Of a DNA stretch of 64,000 bases, positions 55,521 to 64,000 are shown piece after piece. Within the stretch, counting starts at the first letter, position 1; every line of letters starts with the position of its first letter. The notes under the pieces are model-generated. The model was not told the DNA's origin, did not search any database, and saw only the letters and a program-made list of their open reading frames with translations. The DNA comes from Deltaproteobacteria bacterium. GTDB taxonomy: Bacteria; Desulfobacterota; Dissulfuribacteria; Dissulfuribacterales; JALVPX01. A program made the translations under genes and the position numbers. The stretch lies in the NCBI GenBank assembly GCA_027023445.1, contig JALVVK010000001.1, forward strand, positions 10,964 through 74,963, given 5' to 3'.

Positions 55521-55992
55521 GTTAAGTATTCACCTGATATGGGTTGAAAAAACCAGGAAGCCCTGGCTTAAAAAGGGTATCGATTTTTATCTCGATCGCC
55601 TGAAACACTATCTTGCGGTGAGGGTGTCAGAGGTGAGGCCCCGGAAAAAAACGGGCGGAATGAGACCCGGGGAAGCCATGCGATGCGAGGCCGAGGCGCT
55701 TCTCCGGGCCGTATCCGATCGGGCCTTCGTTATAGCGCTGGACGCCGGGGGCAAGATGATGGATTCCCCACGGCTCGCGGGGCTGCTCACAAGGATGGAA
55801 GAGACGGGTACAAGGGATCTGGCCATGATTATAGGAGGCAGCATGGGCCTTGCCCCGGAGATCCTTTCCCGCGCGGATATGACCCTTTCCCTTTCTCCCA
55901 TGACCTTCACCCACGACATGACAAGACTCATTCTCCTGGAACAGCTTTATCGGGCCTGCACCATCCGCTCCGGCCAACCCTACCATCACTGA
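55519..55992 (+). CDS. rlmH: 23S rRNA (pseudouridine1915-N3)-methyltransferase RlmH
   Basis: 157 aa SPOUT fold; ...YLDRLKHY...IIGGSMGL...LSLSPMTFTHDMTRLILLEQLYRA. Confidence 0.85.
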   Translation: MLSIHLIWVEKTRKPWLKKGIDFYLDRLKHYLAVRVSEVRPRKKTGGMRPGEAMRCEAEALLRAVSDRAFVIALDAGGKMMDSPRLAGLLTRMEETGTRDLAMIIGGSMGLAPEILSRADMTLSLSPMTFTHDMTRLILLEQLYRACTIRSGQPYHH

Positions 55993-56026
55993 AATATGAT
56001 CCGCGCGTTTTTTGCGGCCCCGTCGT

Positions 56027-56266
56027 TCACGCGGATTCTACGGAGCTCACCCCCTGGACCTCGCTTTTCAGGTATCGTTCGATCCCGGCCTTGAGCGTCA
56101 TCTGGCTCATGGGGCATCCCTTGCACGCGCCTGTCAGTCTTACCTTGACCACGCCGGTGTCTTCATCCACGTCCACAAGTTCCACGTCCCCGCCGTCACG
56201 TTGAAGCATGGGCCGTACCTGATCCAGGGCCTTCTTTACTTCTTGTTTCATGATTTCGCACCTCAA
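56027..56266 (-). CDS. NifU C-terminal-domain (Nfu-type) Fe-S scaffold protein
   Basis: 79 aa; [17 protein letters not shown]...[20 protein letters not shown]. Confidence 0.85.
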   Translation of the reverse strand: MRCEIMKQEVKKALDQVRPMLQRDGGDVELVDVDEDTGVVKVRLTGACKGCPMSQMTLKAGIERYLKSEVQGVSSVESA

Positions 56267-56325
56267 ATGTCTAAGTCAGGCAATAAAAGCGTTAGATTTT
56301 GAATCTAACCCCTTTTAATCTGGAG

Positions 56326-57339
56326 TCAAATCTTTATTCTTGATGATTGAATCAGCCGACAGCGTAAATTATTAAATTTTTTTTTCAGCTCAGGTTCATG
56401 TCCCAGCCTGATTCGCAACCTTTTCCTGGCCTGGCTGACTGAACTGTAATCTATTCCCCCAACCAGCCGCCCAATTTCAGCTTGGGTAAGCTGACAGAGG
56501 CGGTATAGCAATTCCATCAGCATCGCTCTTTCCACGAGATTTTTGCCGCGTCTACATATTTCCTCTCTGCCTATCCCGGTCAAATGGGTGAAATGATCGA
56601 TCAGATCTTCCGGGTCAGGCGTTTTCTCCAATTTTCTCAAGGCAGGCTGCTCCCTTTTGGAGGCCTTCTCGCCTAAGAATTTCTCTCTGATCCCCTGCAC
56701 AAAGTCAGCACTGCCTACAATCCCGGAGCCCTTACCCAAGCCCAATGGATTCTCTATCTTCTGCTCAATGCCCTGTAGTATAAACTTGCGATAGCCCAGC
56801 CTTCCCTTTCGGGTATCCCCGCCCATATATTCCAGGACAGTCGTATAATTTACAAAGTCTGTTCTTTTGCCAGCATGGAGATACCCTGGTAAACTGCTGT
56901 TTTTATATTTTAAGAGCATATCCAGTTTTTCCTTAACGGTGTTGTCGGGCGATCCCTTGATTCGGATCGGGTTGAGGTGGATATAACGGGACACCTCCAG
57001 AAGATAATTATCAGAATCAATCAGAAAGGCTTTGTATCTTCCCTGATAAAGGTGCCCGACACGGTTGTGTCTGTGATTGAAGGCAGATGTGTAGGAGATG
57101 TTGAAGTGGCGCATGAACTCAGAAAGATTGCCTTCAGGAGTGGTTACCAGCAGATGAAAGTGGTTTGGCATGCAGACATGCGCCAAAAGGGAGACGTTAT
57201 AGATATCCAGGGAAAGAGAAAGCCTGTCCGTAAAAATTTTGTAGTCTTTTTTGTCCAGGAAGATATTTTTACGCCCGTTTCCACGGCAGGTAACGTGATA
57301 GCAGGCACCAGGATACTGGATTCTCAAGGGTCTGGCCAT
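56326..57339 (-). mobile_element. IS200-like / REP-associated Y1 (HUH) transposase with a C-terminal DnaA-C-like HTH domain
   Basis: ARPLRIQYPGACYHVTCRGNGRKNIF...NHFHLLV (HUH)...GHLYQGRYKAFL (catalytic Tyr region), and C-terminal ERAMLMELLYRLCQLTQAEIGRLVGGIDYSSVSQARKRL. I saw no clear terminal inverted repeats. Confidence 0.7.
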
Positions 57340-57474
57340 GCCTAATAATCGACAAGAGTCGATCATTTGTCAAGAAAAAAGATTTGACCCCCAAGAGCAG
57401 GATTCTTGACATAAGTAAGAGTTGGTGCGTACATTGCGGTACATTGTCCATAATTCATGCAAAAGGGGACTTTC

Positions 57475-58782
57475 ATGTTGAAGCCACTTTTTTTGAACTC
57501 TGAGGAAGGACGGGCCAGGTTGTCCGCCCTGACACAAAGAAAATTCGAGCTGCCCGATGAACTGGAAGCCCGCGTAAAGGGAATACTTTCTGATGTAAGG
57601 AATCGTGGGGACCAGGCCCTTGTGGAGTATACCCGCCGTTTTGACGCGCCCGAGTTTGAGGCGGACGCGCTCAGGGTAACCGGGGACGAAATTGAGCAGG
57701 CATACGAACTGGTGGACAGAGATTTCCTGAACAGCCTGCGGAAGGCCATCGGTCATATCAGGGAATTCCATTCCATGCAGGCGCCAAAGTCCTGGTTTAC
57801 CACAAGGGAAAACGGGGTCATTCTGGGCCAGAAGGTAAGCCCGGTGGATGCCGCCGGCCTCTATGTCCCCGGAGGACAGGCGGGCCAGACCCCTCTTGTT
57901 TCCTCCGTGCTTATGAACGGGATTCCAGCGGGCATTGCCGGGGTGAAAAGGCTCGTGCTGGCCACCCCTCCGGGTCCTGATGGAAAAATCAGCCCTTATC
58001 TCCTGGCTGCGGCCGCTGAAATCCAGGTGAGGGAAATCTACAAAATGGGAAGCGCCTGGGCCATAGCCGCCTTGGCCTATGGCACGGAAAGCGTGCCACC
58101 GGTGGACGTGATTGTCGGCCCGGGGAATATCTATGTCACCATGGCAAAAAAGCTGGTTTCCGGCCTCGTGGGCATTGACATGGTGGCAGGCCCAAGCGAG
58201 ATCCTCATACTGTCGGACGCATCCCAGAACCCGGCCTTTATCGCGGCTGACCTGCTTTCCCAGGCGGAACACGACCCAATGGCAACATCCGTGCTGGTAA
58301 CCGACTCGCCTGAATTGGCAGATAAGGTCTGCGGTGAGCTGGAACGGCAGCTTGGCAGGCTGGCCCGTTCCGAAATCGCGGAAAAATCGCTGGAACAGAA
58401 CGGCCTGATTCTGGTGGTTGAGGATATGGATGAGGCGGCAAAGGTTGCCAACCAGATGGGCCCTGAACATCTGGAGGTGCTTACGCGGGATCCGTGGTCA
58501 ATGGTTCCGCGATTGCGTCACGCGGGTGCACTGTTCCTCGGATCTTACACCCCTGAGCCAATAGGGGATTATATCGCGGGGCCGAACCATGTCCTTCCCA
58601 CCATGGGCACGGCCAGGTTTTCCTCAGCCCTCGGGGTGGAGACTTTTATCAAGAGAACCAGTATCATATCATATTCCGGGAAGGCCTTTTCCGCAGACGC
58701 GGAGGACGTGATAAGGCTTGCCAACATAGAGGGGCTGGGCGCCCACGCAGGCTCTGTGGAGGCGAGGATCAAAAAGGGCTGA
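57475..58782 (+). CDS. hisD: histidinol dehydrogenase
   Basis: GLYVPGG.A...SSVLM, AGPSEILI, SQAEHD and PEHLE motifs. I prefer the start at Met7 of the track ORF. Confidence 0.9.
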   Translation: MLKPLFLNSEEGRARLSALTQRKFELPDELEARVKGILSDVRNRGDQALVEYTRRFDAPEFEADALRVTGDEIEQAYELVDRDFLNSLRKAIGHIREFHSMQAPKSWFTTRENGVILGQKVSPVDAAGLYVPGGQAGQTPLVSSVLMNGIPAGIAGVKRLVLATPPGPDGKISPYLLAAAAEIQVREIYKMGSAWAIAALAYGTESVPPVDVIVGPGNIYVTMAKKLVSGLVGIDMVAGPSEILILSDASQNPAFIAADLLSQAEHDPMATSVLVTDSPELADKVCGELERQLGRLARSEIAEKSLEQNGLILVVEDMDEAAKVANQMGPEHLEVLTRDPWSMVPRLRHAGALFLGSYTPEPIGDYIAGPNHVLPTMGTARFSSALGVETFIKRTSIISYSGKAFSADAEDVIRLANIEGLGAHAGSVEARIKKG

Positions 58783-58844
58783 GCATCGGCATCAGAATCG
58801 GATTTTTCTCCAGAGAACGGCAGGTGGCCCACTGATCAGCCCGT

Positions 58845-59450
58845 CTATCCCATCTCGTGTCTGGCTTCAATCGCGCGCTGCAGGGTCATGCCGTCCGCGT
58901 ACTTGATGTCCATGCCCATGGGTATCCCGCAGGCAATGCGGCTCACCCGCACCGGCAGACGGCCCAGCACATCGGAGAGATAGGCGGCCGTGGCCTCTCC
59001 CGCCACGGTGCTGCTGGTGGCAATGATTATCTCTTTCACGCCGGTTGCCTGAATCCGCCTGATCAGCTCCTTGATCTTGAGTTCATCCGGCCCCATGCCG
59101 TCCATTGGCGCAAGTGCCCCGTGCAAAACATGATATACGCCCCTGAACCCGCCGGCCTTTTCCAGCGCGAGCAGGTCTCCCGGATCCTCCACCACGCAGA
59201 TTGACGTTCTGTCCCTCTTTGGATCAGAACAAACCGGGCACGGGTCCTGCTCGGAAAAGGTAAAACATGAGGAGCAGAGCCTGATCCTGCCGTGGAGTTC
59301 GGCAATGGATGCCGCCAGTTCCCCTGCCCGGTCTTCAGGCCATCTGAGTATGCTCATGGCCATCCGGGTGGCGGTTTTTTCCCCCACTCCCGGAAGCCTG
59401 GACAGATTTTTAACCAGCCTCACAAGGGCTGGAGGGAACGCGCCTGGCAT
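58845..59450 (-). CDS. recR: recombination protein RecR
   Basis: 201 aa; LPGVGEKTATRMA helix-hairpin-helix, CSSC...CPVC zinc finger and a Toprim domain. Confidence 0.9.
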   Translation of the reverse strand: MPGAFPPALVRLVKNLSRLPGVGEKTATRMAMSILRWPEDRAGELAASIAELHGRIRLCSSCFTFSEQDPCPVCSDPKRDRTSICVVEDPGDLLALEKAGGFRGVYHVLHGALAPMDGMGPDELKIKELIRRIQATGVKEIIIATSSTVAGEATAAYLSDVLGRLPVRVSRIACGIPMGMDIKYADGMTLQRAIEARHEMG

Positions 59451-59456
59451 AAGCGG

Positions 59457-59771
59457 TTAAAACATTCCCGGGATCTTGAGCCCCCCGGTTACCTTGGCCA
59501 TTTCTGTATCAAGCATTTCCTTGGCTCTCGTCAGGGCCTCGTTAACAGCGGCAACCACCAGGTCCTGCAGCATTTCCACGTCTTCCGGGTCAACCACTTC
59601 CTTTTCAATGGTGACGGATACTATCTCCGGTTTGCCATTGGCCACCGCCTTTACCATGCCGCCGCCAACAACGGCCTCTACCTTTTTCTCGGCAAGTTCT
59701 TCCTGGACCTTGGCCATCTTATTTTGAAGGCGCTGGGCCTGTCTCATCATTTCCTTGATGTTTGGATGCAT
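59457..59771 (-). CDS. ybaB: nucleoid-associated protein YbaB/EbfC
   Basis: 104 aa; MMRQAQRLQNKMAKVQEEL...GGGMVKAVANG...PGMF tail. Confidence 0.9.
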   Translation of the reverse strand: MHPNIKEMMRQAQRLQNKMAKVQEELAEKKVEAVVGGGMVKAVANGKPEIVSVTIEKEVVDPEDVEMLQDLVVAAVNEALTRAKEMLDTEMAKVTGGLKIPGMF

Positions 59772-59789
59772 ATTTTCTCCTTTTTTTCG

Positions 59790-61502
59790 TTAATTCCGGA
59801 TCTTGACGTCAGCAACCCGTGCCTGAAAAATTTTTAACGCCTCCTGGACAAGCGGTTCCTGAACAAGTTGCTCCCTGGGAGAGACCCTGGCCTTCTGACG
59901 CCCGGGCCGTTCCCTGAGTACTTTTCCATCCGTTTTTATGTTTATTTCCATCTCTTCTCTGAAAAAATTCCTGAGAAGCTCCCTCAGACGTTCCATATTG
60001 ACCTTATCCGTCAATACATCATGATTCATCCCGGGCGCGCATTTCAGGCTGACCTTGCCCCGGCCTATTTTAAATTCTTTGCAGGCCCTGAGCGCTGCGG
60101 CAAGGGCAGGCCTTGACGCCTTGACAAAATCCATGAAATCCGCCCAGCCGCCTTCATCCGGTTTGCCGCCCGTCCTGCTTTTGGCAGAGGCCTCTCTGAC
60201 AGAAGGTTCGGGAGGATTCTCCCCGGCATTCCGGGGCGGAGACGTATAGGCCACGGAGGGGGCGGGGGAAGGATCAGGTGAGGTCTCCGCATCTGAGCGG
60301 GACAAAACAGGCCCTTTCCGGAAAGAAGTGGAAGATGGTGAAGACGGCGAAGATGCACCAACAGAACGTATAAGCTCATTTACCCGCTGACACAACCTGT
60401 CTATGCCGACCAGCTCGCCGGTGCTTGCCACCTTTATGAGGAGCATCTCCAGGGCAAGTCTCGGTGTTGCGCTCTTTTGCACGGAATTCTGGCCGGTCAG
60501 GAGTATTTCCATGGCCTGGTATAACCTGTGGGAAGATAGCCCCTCCATTTTCTCCGCAAGTTCCTGTATTTCTTCGGGGCTGAGATCCACAAGGCCCTTT
60601 GCGCCCTTTACACCAACGGCCTTCAGTATGGCAAGGTCTCTCATAAAGCCAAGAAGATCCATCGCAAGGGTCTGGATGTCTATGCCGAACCCATAGGCCT
60701 CGTCAACCACTCTGAGAGCGGTTGGCAGCTCGCCCCGCAGGATGGCCAGGGCCAGGCCCTTTAAAATCTCGGTGCCTACCACCCCCAGGGCCTCGCATAC
60801 CTCCCGCACCGTGGTGGCCCCGTAGGCCGTTACCTGGTCCAGAAGGCTCAGGCTGTCCCTGACCCCGCCCCTGGCCTCTCTGGCCAGCAACGATATTGCC
60901 TGGCTGTCAATATCCAGCCCCTCGGCAGTGACTATTTTCTGCAGATGGTCCGCAATCGCCGTGGCAGAAAGGCGCTTGAACTCATAGTGCTGGCACCGGG
61001 AATGGATTGTGGGCGGTATTTTCTGGGGCTCGGTGGTGGCGAACATGAAATACACATGCGCCGGAGGCTCTTCCAGGGTTTTCAGGAGGGCGTTAAAGGC
61101 CTCCTTGGTAAGCATGTGGACCTCGTCAATTATGTATACCCTGAAACGGCATCTTGTGGGGCGAAATCTGATGTTTTCCCTGAGCTGCCTGACCTCGTCT
61201 ATCCCCCGGTTGGATGCGCCGTCGATCTCCTGGACATCCACCGAGGCGCCCGAGGTAATTTCCCTGCATATTCCGCACTGGTTGCATGGCGCAGGCCCGG
61301 GACCGGACTCGCAGTTGATCGCCTTGGCAAGGATTCTGGCCACGGATGTCTTGCCAACCCCCCTGGGACCACTGAAAATCAGGGCATGTGCCAGCCGGTC
61401 CTGGCGGATAGCATTCTGTAGAGTTCTTGTGACGTGCCCCTGGCCTATAACATCTTCAAAGGTCTGCGGGCGCCATTTCCTGGCCAGTACCAAGTAAGAC
61501 AT
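59790..61502 (-). CDS. dnaX: DNA polymerase III subunit gamma/tau
   Basis: MSYLVLARKWRPQTFEDVIGQ.HV...GPRGVGKTS, a Cys4 zinc module (CESGPGPAPCNQCGIC) and DEVHML. Start at ATG 61502; the longer track ORF would run into the SRP RNA gene. Confidence 0.9.
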   Translation of the reverse strand: MSYLVLARKWRPQTFEDVIGQGHVTRTLQNAIRQDRLAHALIFSGPRGVGKTSVARILAKAINCESGPGPAPCNQCGICREITSGASVDVQEIDGASNRGIDEVRQLRENIRFRPTRCRFRVYIIDEVHMLTKEAFNALLKTLEEPPAHVYFMFATTEPQKIPPTIHSRCQHYEFKRLSATAIADHLQKIVTAEGLDIDSQAISLLAREARGGVRDSLSLLDQVTAYGATTVREVCEALGVVGTEILKGLALAILRGELPTALRVVDEAYGFGIDIQTLAMDLLGFMRDLAILKAVGVKGAKGLVDLSPEEIQELAEKMEGLSSHRLYQAMEILLTGQNSVQKSATPRLALEMLLIKVASTGELVGIDRLCQRVNELIRSVGASSPSSPSSTSFRKGPVLSRSDAETSPDPSPAPSVAYTSPPRNAGENPPEPSVREASAKSRTGGKPDEGGWADFMDFVKASRPALAAALRACKEFKIGRGKVSLKCAPGMNHDVLTDKVNMERLRELLRNFFREEMEINIKTDGKVLRERPGRQKARVSPREQLVQEPLVQEALKIFQARVADVKIRN

Positions 61503-61517
61503 TGCATTAAAAAAGAT

Positions 61518-61619
61518 GATAGCCAGGCACCCCCGCGGCACACGAAGGGCCCTACTGCCGTTGCTTCCTTCCGGACCTGGCGGGGTTCGCAGGGTTTCGT
61601 TGCGCAGGACCCGGCTATC
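61518..61619 (-). ncRNA. ffs: signal recognition particle RNA (small/4.5S type)
   Basis: The minus strand reads ...ccgCCAGGUCCGGAAGGAAGCAacggcag...gugugccgcggg..., which is the conserved domain IV motif. The ends pair (gatagccgggtcctgcg / cgcgggggtgcctggctatc). It is located just upstream of dnaX, as in many bacteria. Confidence 0.85.
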
Positions 61620-61642
61620 AAAAGGAAATAATTATCATTGAA

Positions 61643-61735
<93 letters not shown>

Positions 61736-61960
61736 GCAGACTGCGCATAGATTATCCGATTCCCTTGAATATGCAACAGGGAAATGTAAACGGAAACGAA
61801 AGTTACAGGTCCTTGCCCTCTTTGGTTCACCCAAACTCTCATGTAAGTGGTGCTTCACACCCCTGAGCATGAAAGTTGGCTCATAGGTGATAGCCGCAAT
61901 AAATCACCTTGTTTCTTAAGCCATAAGCCATGACCCATCACCCATGACCCATCACACCAT

Positions 61961-62030
<70 letters not shown>

Positions 62031-62054
<24 letters not shown>

Positions 62055-62561
62055 GCATTGATTTATGGCGGGCTGCCGCTTTTTTTTGAAAAATTCCCTT
62101 ATAAGGCCCTGACATTCAGCCTCAAGGACCCCGGATATCACCTCTACCCGGTGGTTCAGCCGTTCATCGCTGACAATATTAAACAGGCTGCCGCATGCCC
62201 CTGATTTTGGGTCCATGGCACCTATAACCAGCCTTGCCACCCTGGCATGTACCAGGGCGCCGGCGCACATGGCGCACGGCTCAATAGTAACATACAGCAT
62301 ACATCCCGTCAGCCTGTAGTTACCGGTCATGGACGCGGCTTTTCTGAGTGCCAGTATTTCCGCGTGCGCCGTGGGGTCGCACAGGCCTATGGGGCGGTTG
62401 CATTCCCGCGCGAGGAGTTTTCCACGGGCGGAAAAAAGCGCCGCCCCCACCGGGACCTCGCCCAATTTACAGGCCTTTCCGGCCATTTCAAGGGCAACCC
62501 TCATATTTTTTTCATGAAGGGCCATGCCGGGTCTATCCGATGTATCCATTGTATCCATCAT
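62031..62561 (-). CDS. tadA: tRNA adenosine(34) deaminase TadA
   Basis: CDA-fold motifs HAEILALR and PCAMCAGAL. The probable start is Met19 of the track ORF (62561). The stop codon lies inside the tRNA-Ser(CGA) gene. Confidence 0.85.
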
Positions 62562-62562
62562 A

Positions 62563-63288
62563 TCAGCGCGCGCAGGCTTTTGCCCTGAGAGATGCCATGA
62601 GTCCCTGTTCCTCAAAGCTGTAATAGTCGCCCAGCCTGCCTATGATGATATGATCCAGCACGTTCATGTCAAACAGTCGTGCCGCACGGTAAAGCCGCAG
62701 GGTAATCCTTTTGTCGTGATCTGATGGCTCTATGGCCCCTGAGGGATGATTATGGGCGAAGATCATGGAGGCGGCATGGAGATCCAGTGCCCTTTTCATT
62801 ACCTCTCTTGGATACACGGCACTGCAGTTCAGTGTCCCCTGGAACATTTCTTCAACGGTAATAATGCCGTTTCGTGCGTCCAGGAACACGACAACAAAGA
62901 TCTCCTTATGTTCAAAGGAGAGGCTGTGCCACAGATAATCCACCACGTCACCTGCCGCCTTGACCAGGGGCCGTCCCTTGACACGCTCCTTGAGGAATTT
63001 CCTGGCGACCTCGTGGATGAATTTTATGGCAAAGGCGTTTTTGGGGCCTATGCCGCGCACCTCCTGGAGGCGTGACAGCGGGGCCTCCAGGACCCCGCTG
63101 AAAGAGCCGAAATGTTCAAGGGCCTCGCGCGCCCGCAACTTGCAGTCCTGCCTCGGTGTGCCGAAGCTTAACAGAAGTTCCAGGATTTCCGAATCGGTAA
63201 AAGAGGCAAGGCCGTGTTCCAGGAACCTGTCCCTGAGACGCTGCCTGTGACCTGCTGCGGCCTGCCTTCCGCGATCTTTTCCTCGCAC
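62563..63288 (-). CDS. radC: RadC-family JAB/MPN-domain protein (UPF0758)
   Basis: 241 aa; N-terminal HhH region (GHRQRLRDRF...LSDSELLELLL-type) and a C-terminal JAMM motif (FAHNHPSG...PSDHD). Confidence 0.85.
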   Translation of the reverse strand: MRGKDRGRQAAAGHRQRLRDRFLEHGLASFTDSEILELLLSFGTPRQDCKLRAREALEHFGSFSGVLEAPLSRLQEVRGIGPKNAFAIKFIHEVARKFLKERVKGRPLVKAAGDVVDYLWHSLSFEHKEIFVVVFLDARNGIITVEEMFQGTLNCSAVYPREVMKRALDLHAASMIFAHNHPSGAIEPSDHDKRITLRLYRAARLFDMNVLDHIIIGRLGDYYSFEEQGLMASLRAKACAR

Positions 63289-63294
63289 TTGCCT

Positions 63295-64000
63295 TTACAG
63301 GTTTATTGCCGCTTCCAGGGCGTCAAAGTCCATGGTTTCCTCCAGCAGCGCCTCGAATCTCTGTATCTTTCTCTCCTGCTGGAACCTGGTCTTGCCAAAA
63401 AAGGTCTCGATGATCTCAACGGCCGTCATGGTATCGTGCCTGGTCAGGATAATGGGTACGCCCGCCTCCTCGGCCCTGCCGATAATCATGGGATTGGGCC
63501 GTAGATTCCCGGTAAGGATAAGGCATTTTGTGGATGTCTCGAGGGCGGCTATCTGTATGTCTGGCCTGTCACCTCCGGTGATAACCGCCTTGTTGGCCTT
63601 TCGTCTGAAATAGGTAAGGGCGCTCTCAACGCCCATGGCCCCTACCATCAGATGTTCCACGAGTTCATCCATGTGATCCTGCGCGCACAGCACTTCTCCT
63701 GCCAGGCCGTCCTTGATTTCCTGGACACTCGCGGCGTAAAGGATACGCTTTCTGGGGAGGATCGCAAAGACCTTGACCCCCTTCCCGGACACAAAGGGCA
63801 CAACCCGGTCCTTTACAAGGTCCATCTTGTGTGGAGGCACCCTGTTTATGACCGCGCCAAGCAGGGATGATCCAAGCCTTATCCTGGCGGTGATAAGATC
63901 ATCCACCAGTTGCAGATCCGTTATGTAGGGGACCACGACCAGCTCCGGGACCCCTAAAAGTTCGCTTACCTGGGGCGGAGACAGGTTCACGATCCAGCCT
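63295..64000 (-). CDS. DRTGG-domain / BioD-like (phosphotransacetylase N-terminal-like) protein, partial (N-terminus outside the window)
   Basis: ...KAVITGGDRPDIQIAALETSTKCLILTGNLRPNPMIIGRAEEAGVPIILTRHDTMTA is the DRTGG domain. The ORF is still open at the right window edge. Confidence 0.6.
   Translation of the reverse strand, partial: GWIVNLSPPQVSELLGVPELVVVPYITDLQLVDDLITARIRLGSSLLGAVINRVPPHKMDLVKDRVVPFVSGKGVKVFAILPRKRILYAASVQEIKDGLAGEVLCAQDHMDELVEHLMVGAMGVESALTYFRRKANKAVITGGDRPDIQIAALETSTKCLILTGNLRPNPMIIGRAEEAGVPIILTRHDTMTAVEIIETFFGKTRFQQERKIQRFEALLEETMDFDALEAAINL

Noticed and set aside
61503-61541. N-terminal extension of dnaX, and small ORFs at 61434-61631, 61638-61886 and 61855-62115.
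   Set aside because: They overlap the SRP RNA and the two tRNA-Ser genes. dnaX homology begins at MSYLVLARKWRP (ATG 61502).

Overview
This 64 kb window is a chromosomal segment that looks like an anaerobic Desulfobacterota (deltaproteobacterial) genome. That assignment is inferred from gene content only: SelA, a POR-type 2-oxoacid:ferredoxin oxidoreductase, a sigma54-driven flagellar hook operon, and many genome-specific intergenic repeats. Most of the window is housekeeping: pyrE-purB; a DegT aminotransferase and a NifS-like desulfurase; rlpA; an 11-gene type II secretion cluster (gspG-E-F-H-I-J-K-L-M-D plus a GspC/PilP-like gene); fabD, a gcvH-like gene, moaA, murA, secDF; fliK-flgD-flgE; an ispH fusion; glyQS; glgC; recN; ppiD; a metF fusion; porGDAB; selA; rlmH; hisD; and the conserved tadA / tRNA-Ser x2 / SRP RNA / dnaX-ybaB-recR block. 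The accessory part is at about 1.25-5.4 kb. I read it as an integrase-less integron cassette array (CALIN) of four minus-strand cassettes: ParB-like nuclease-domain protein, zinc-ribbon/DUF4145 protein, membrane-anchored unknown, and mazEF. One attC is intact. The other three each carry a reverse-transcriptase-deleted group II intron derivative on the opposite strand, at the same position of the inverse core site, which resembles class C 'IIC-attC' introns. The second hidden feature is a small ORF missing from the ORF track, with an in-frame TGA in a CxxU motif followed by a SECIS-like hairpin. It is translationally coupled to fabD, and selA lies in the same window. Other points are an IspH-UbiA-type prenyltransferase fusion, several dispersed repeat families (some acting as hairpin terminators), a lone RayT/IS200-like Y1 transposase, and some unusual gene overlaps. 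All family assignments come from motif recognition by eye; no database search was run.
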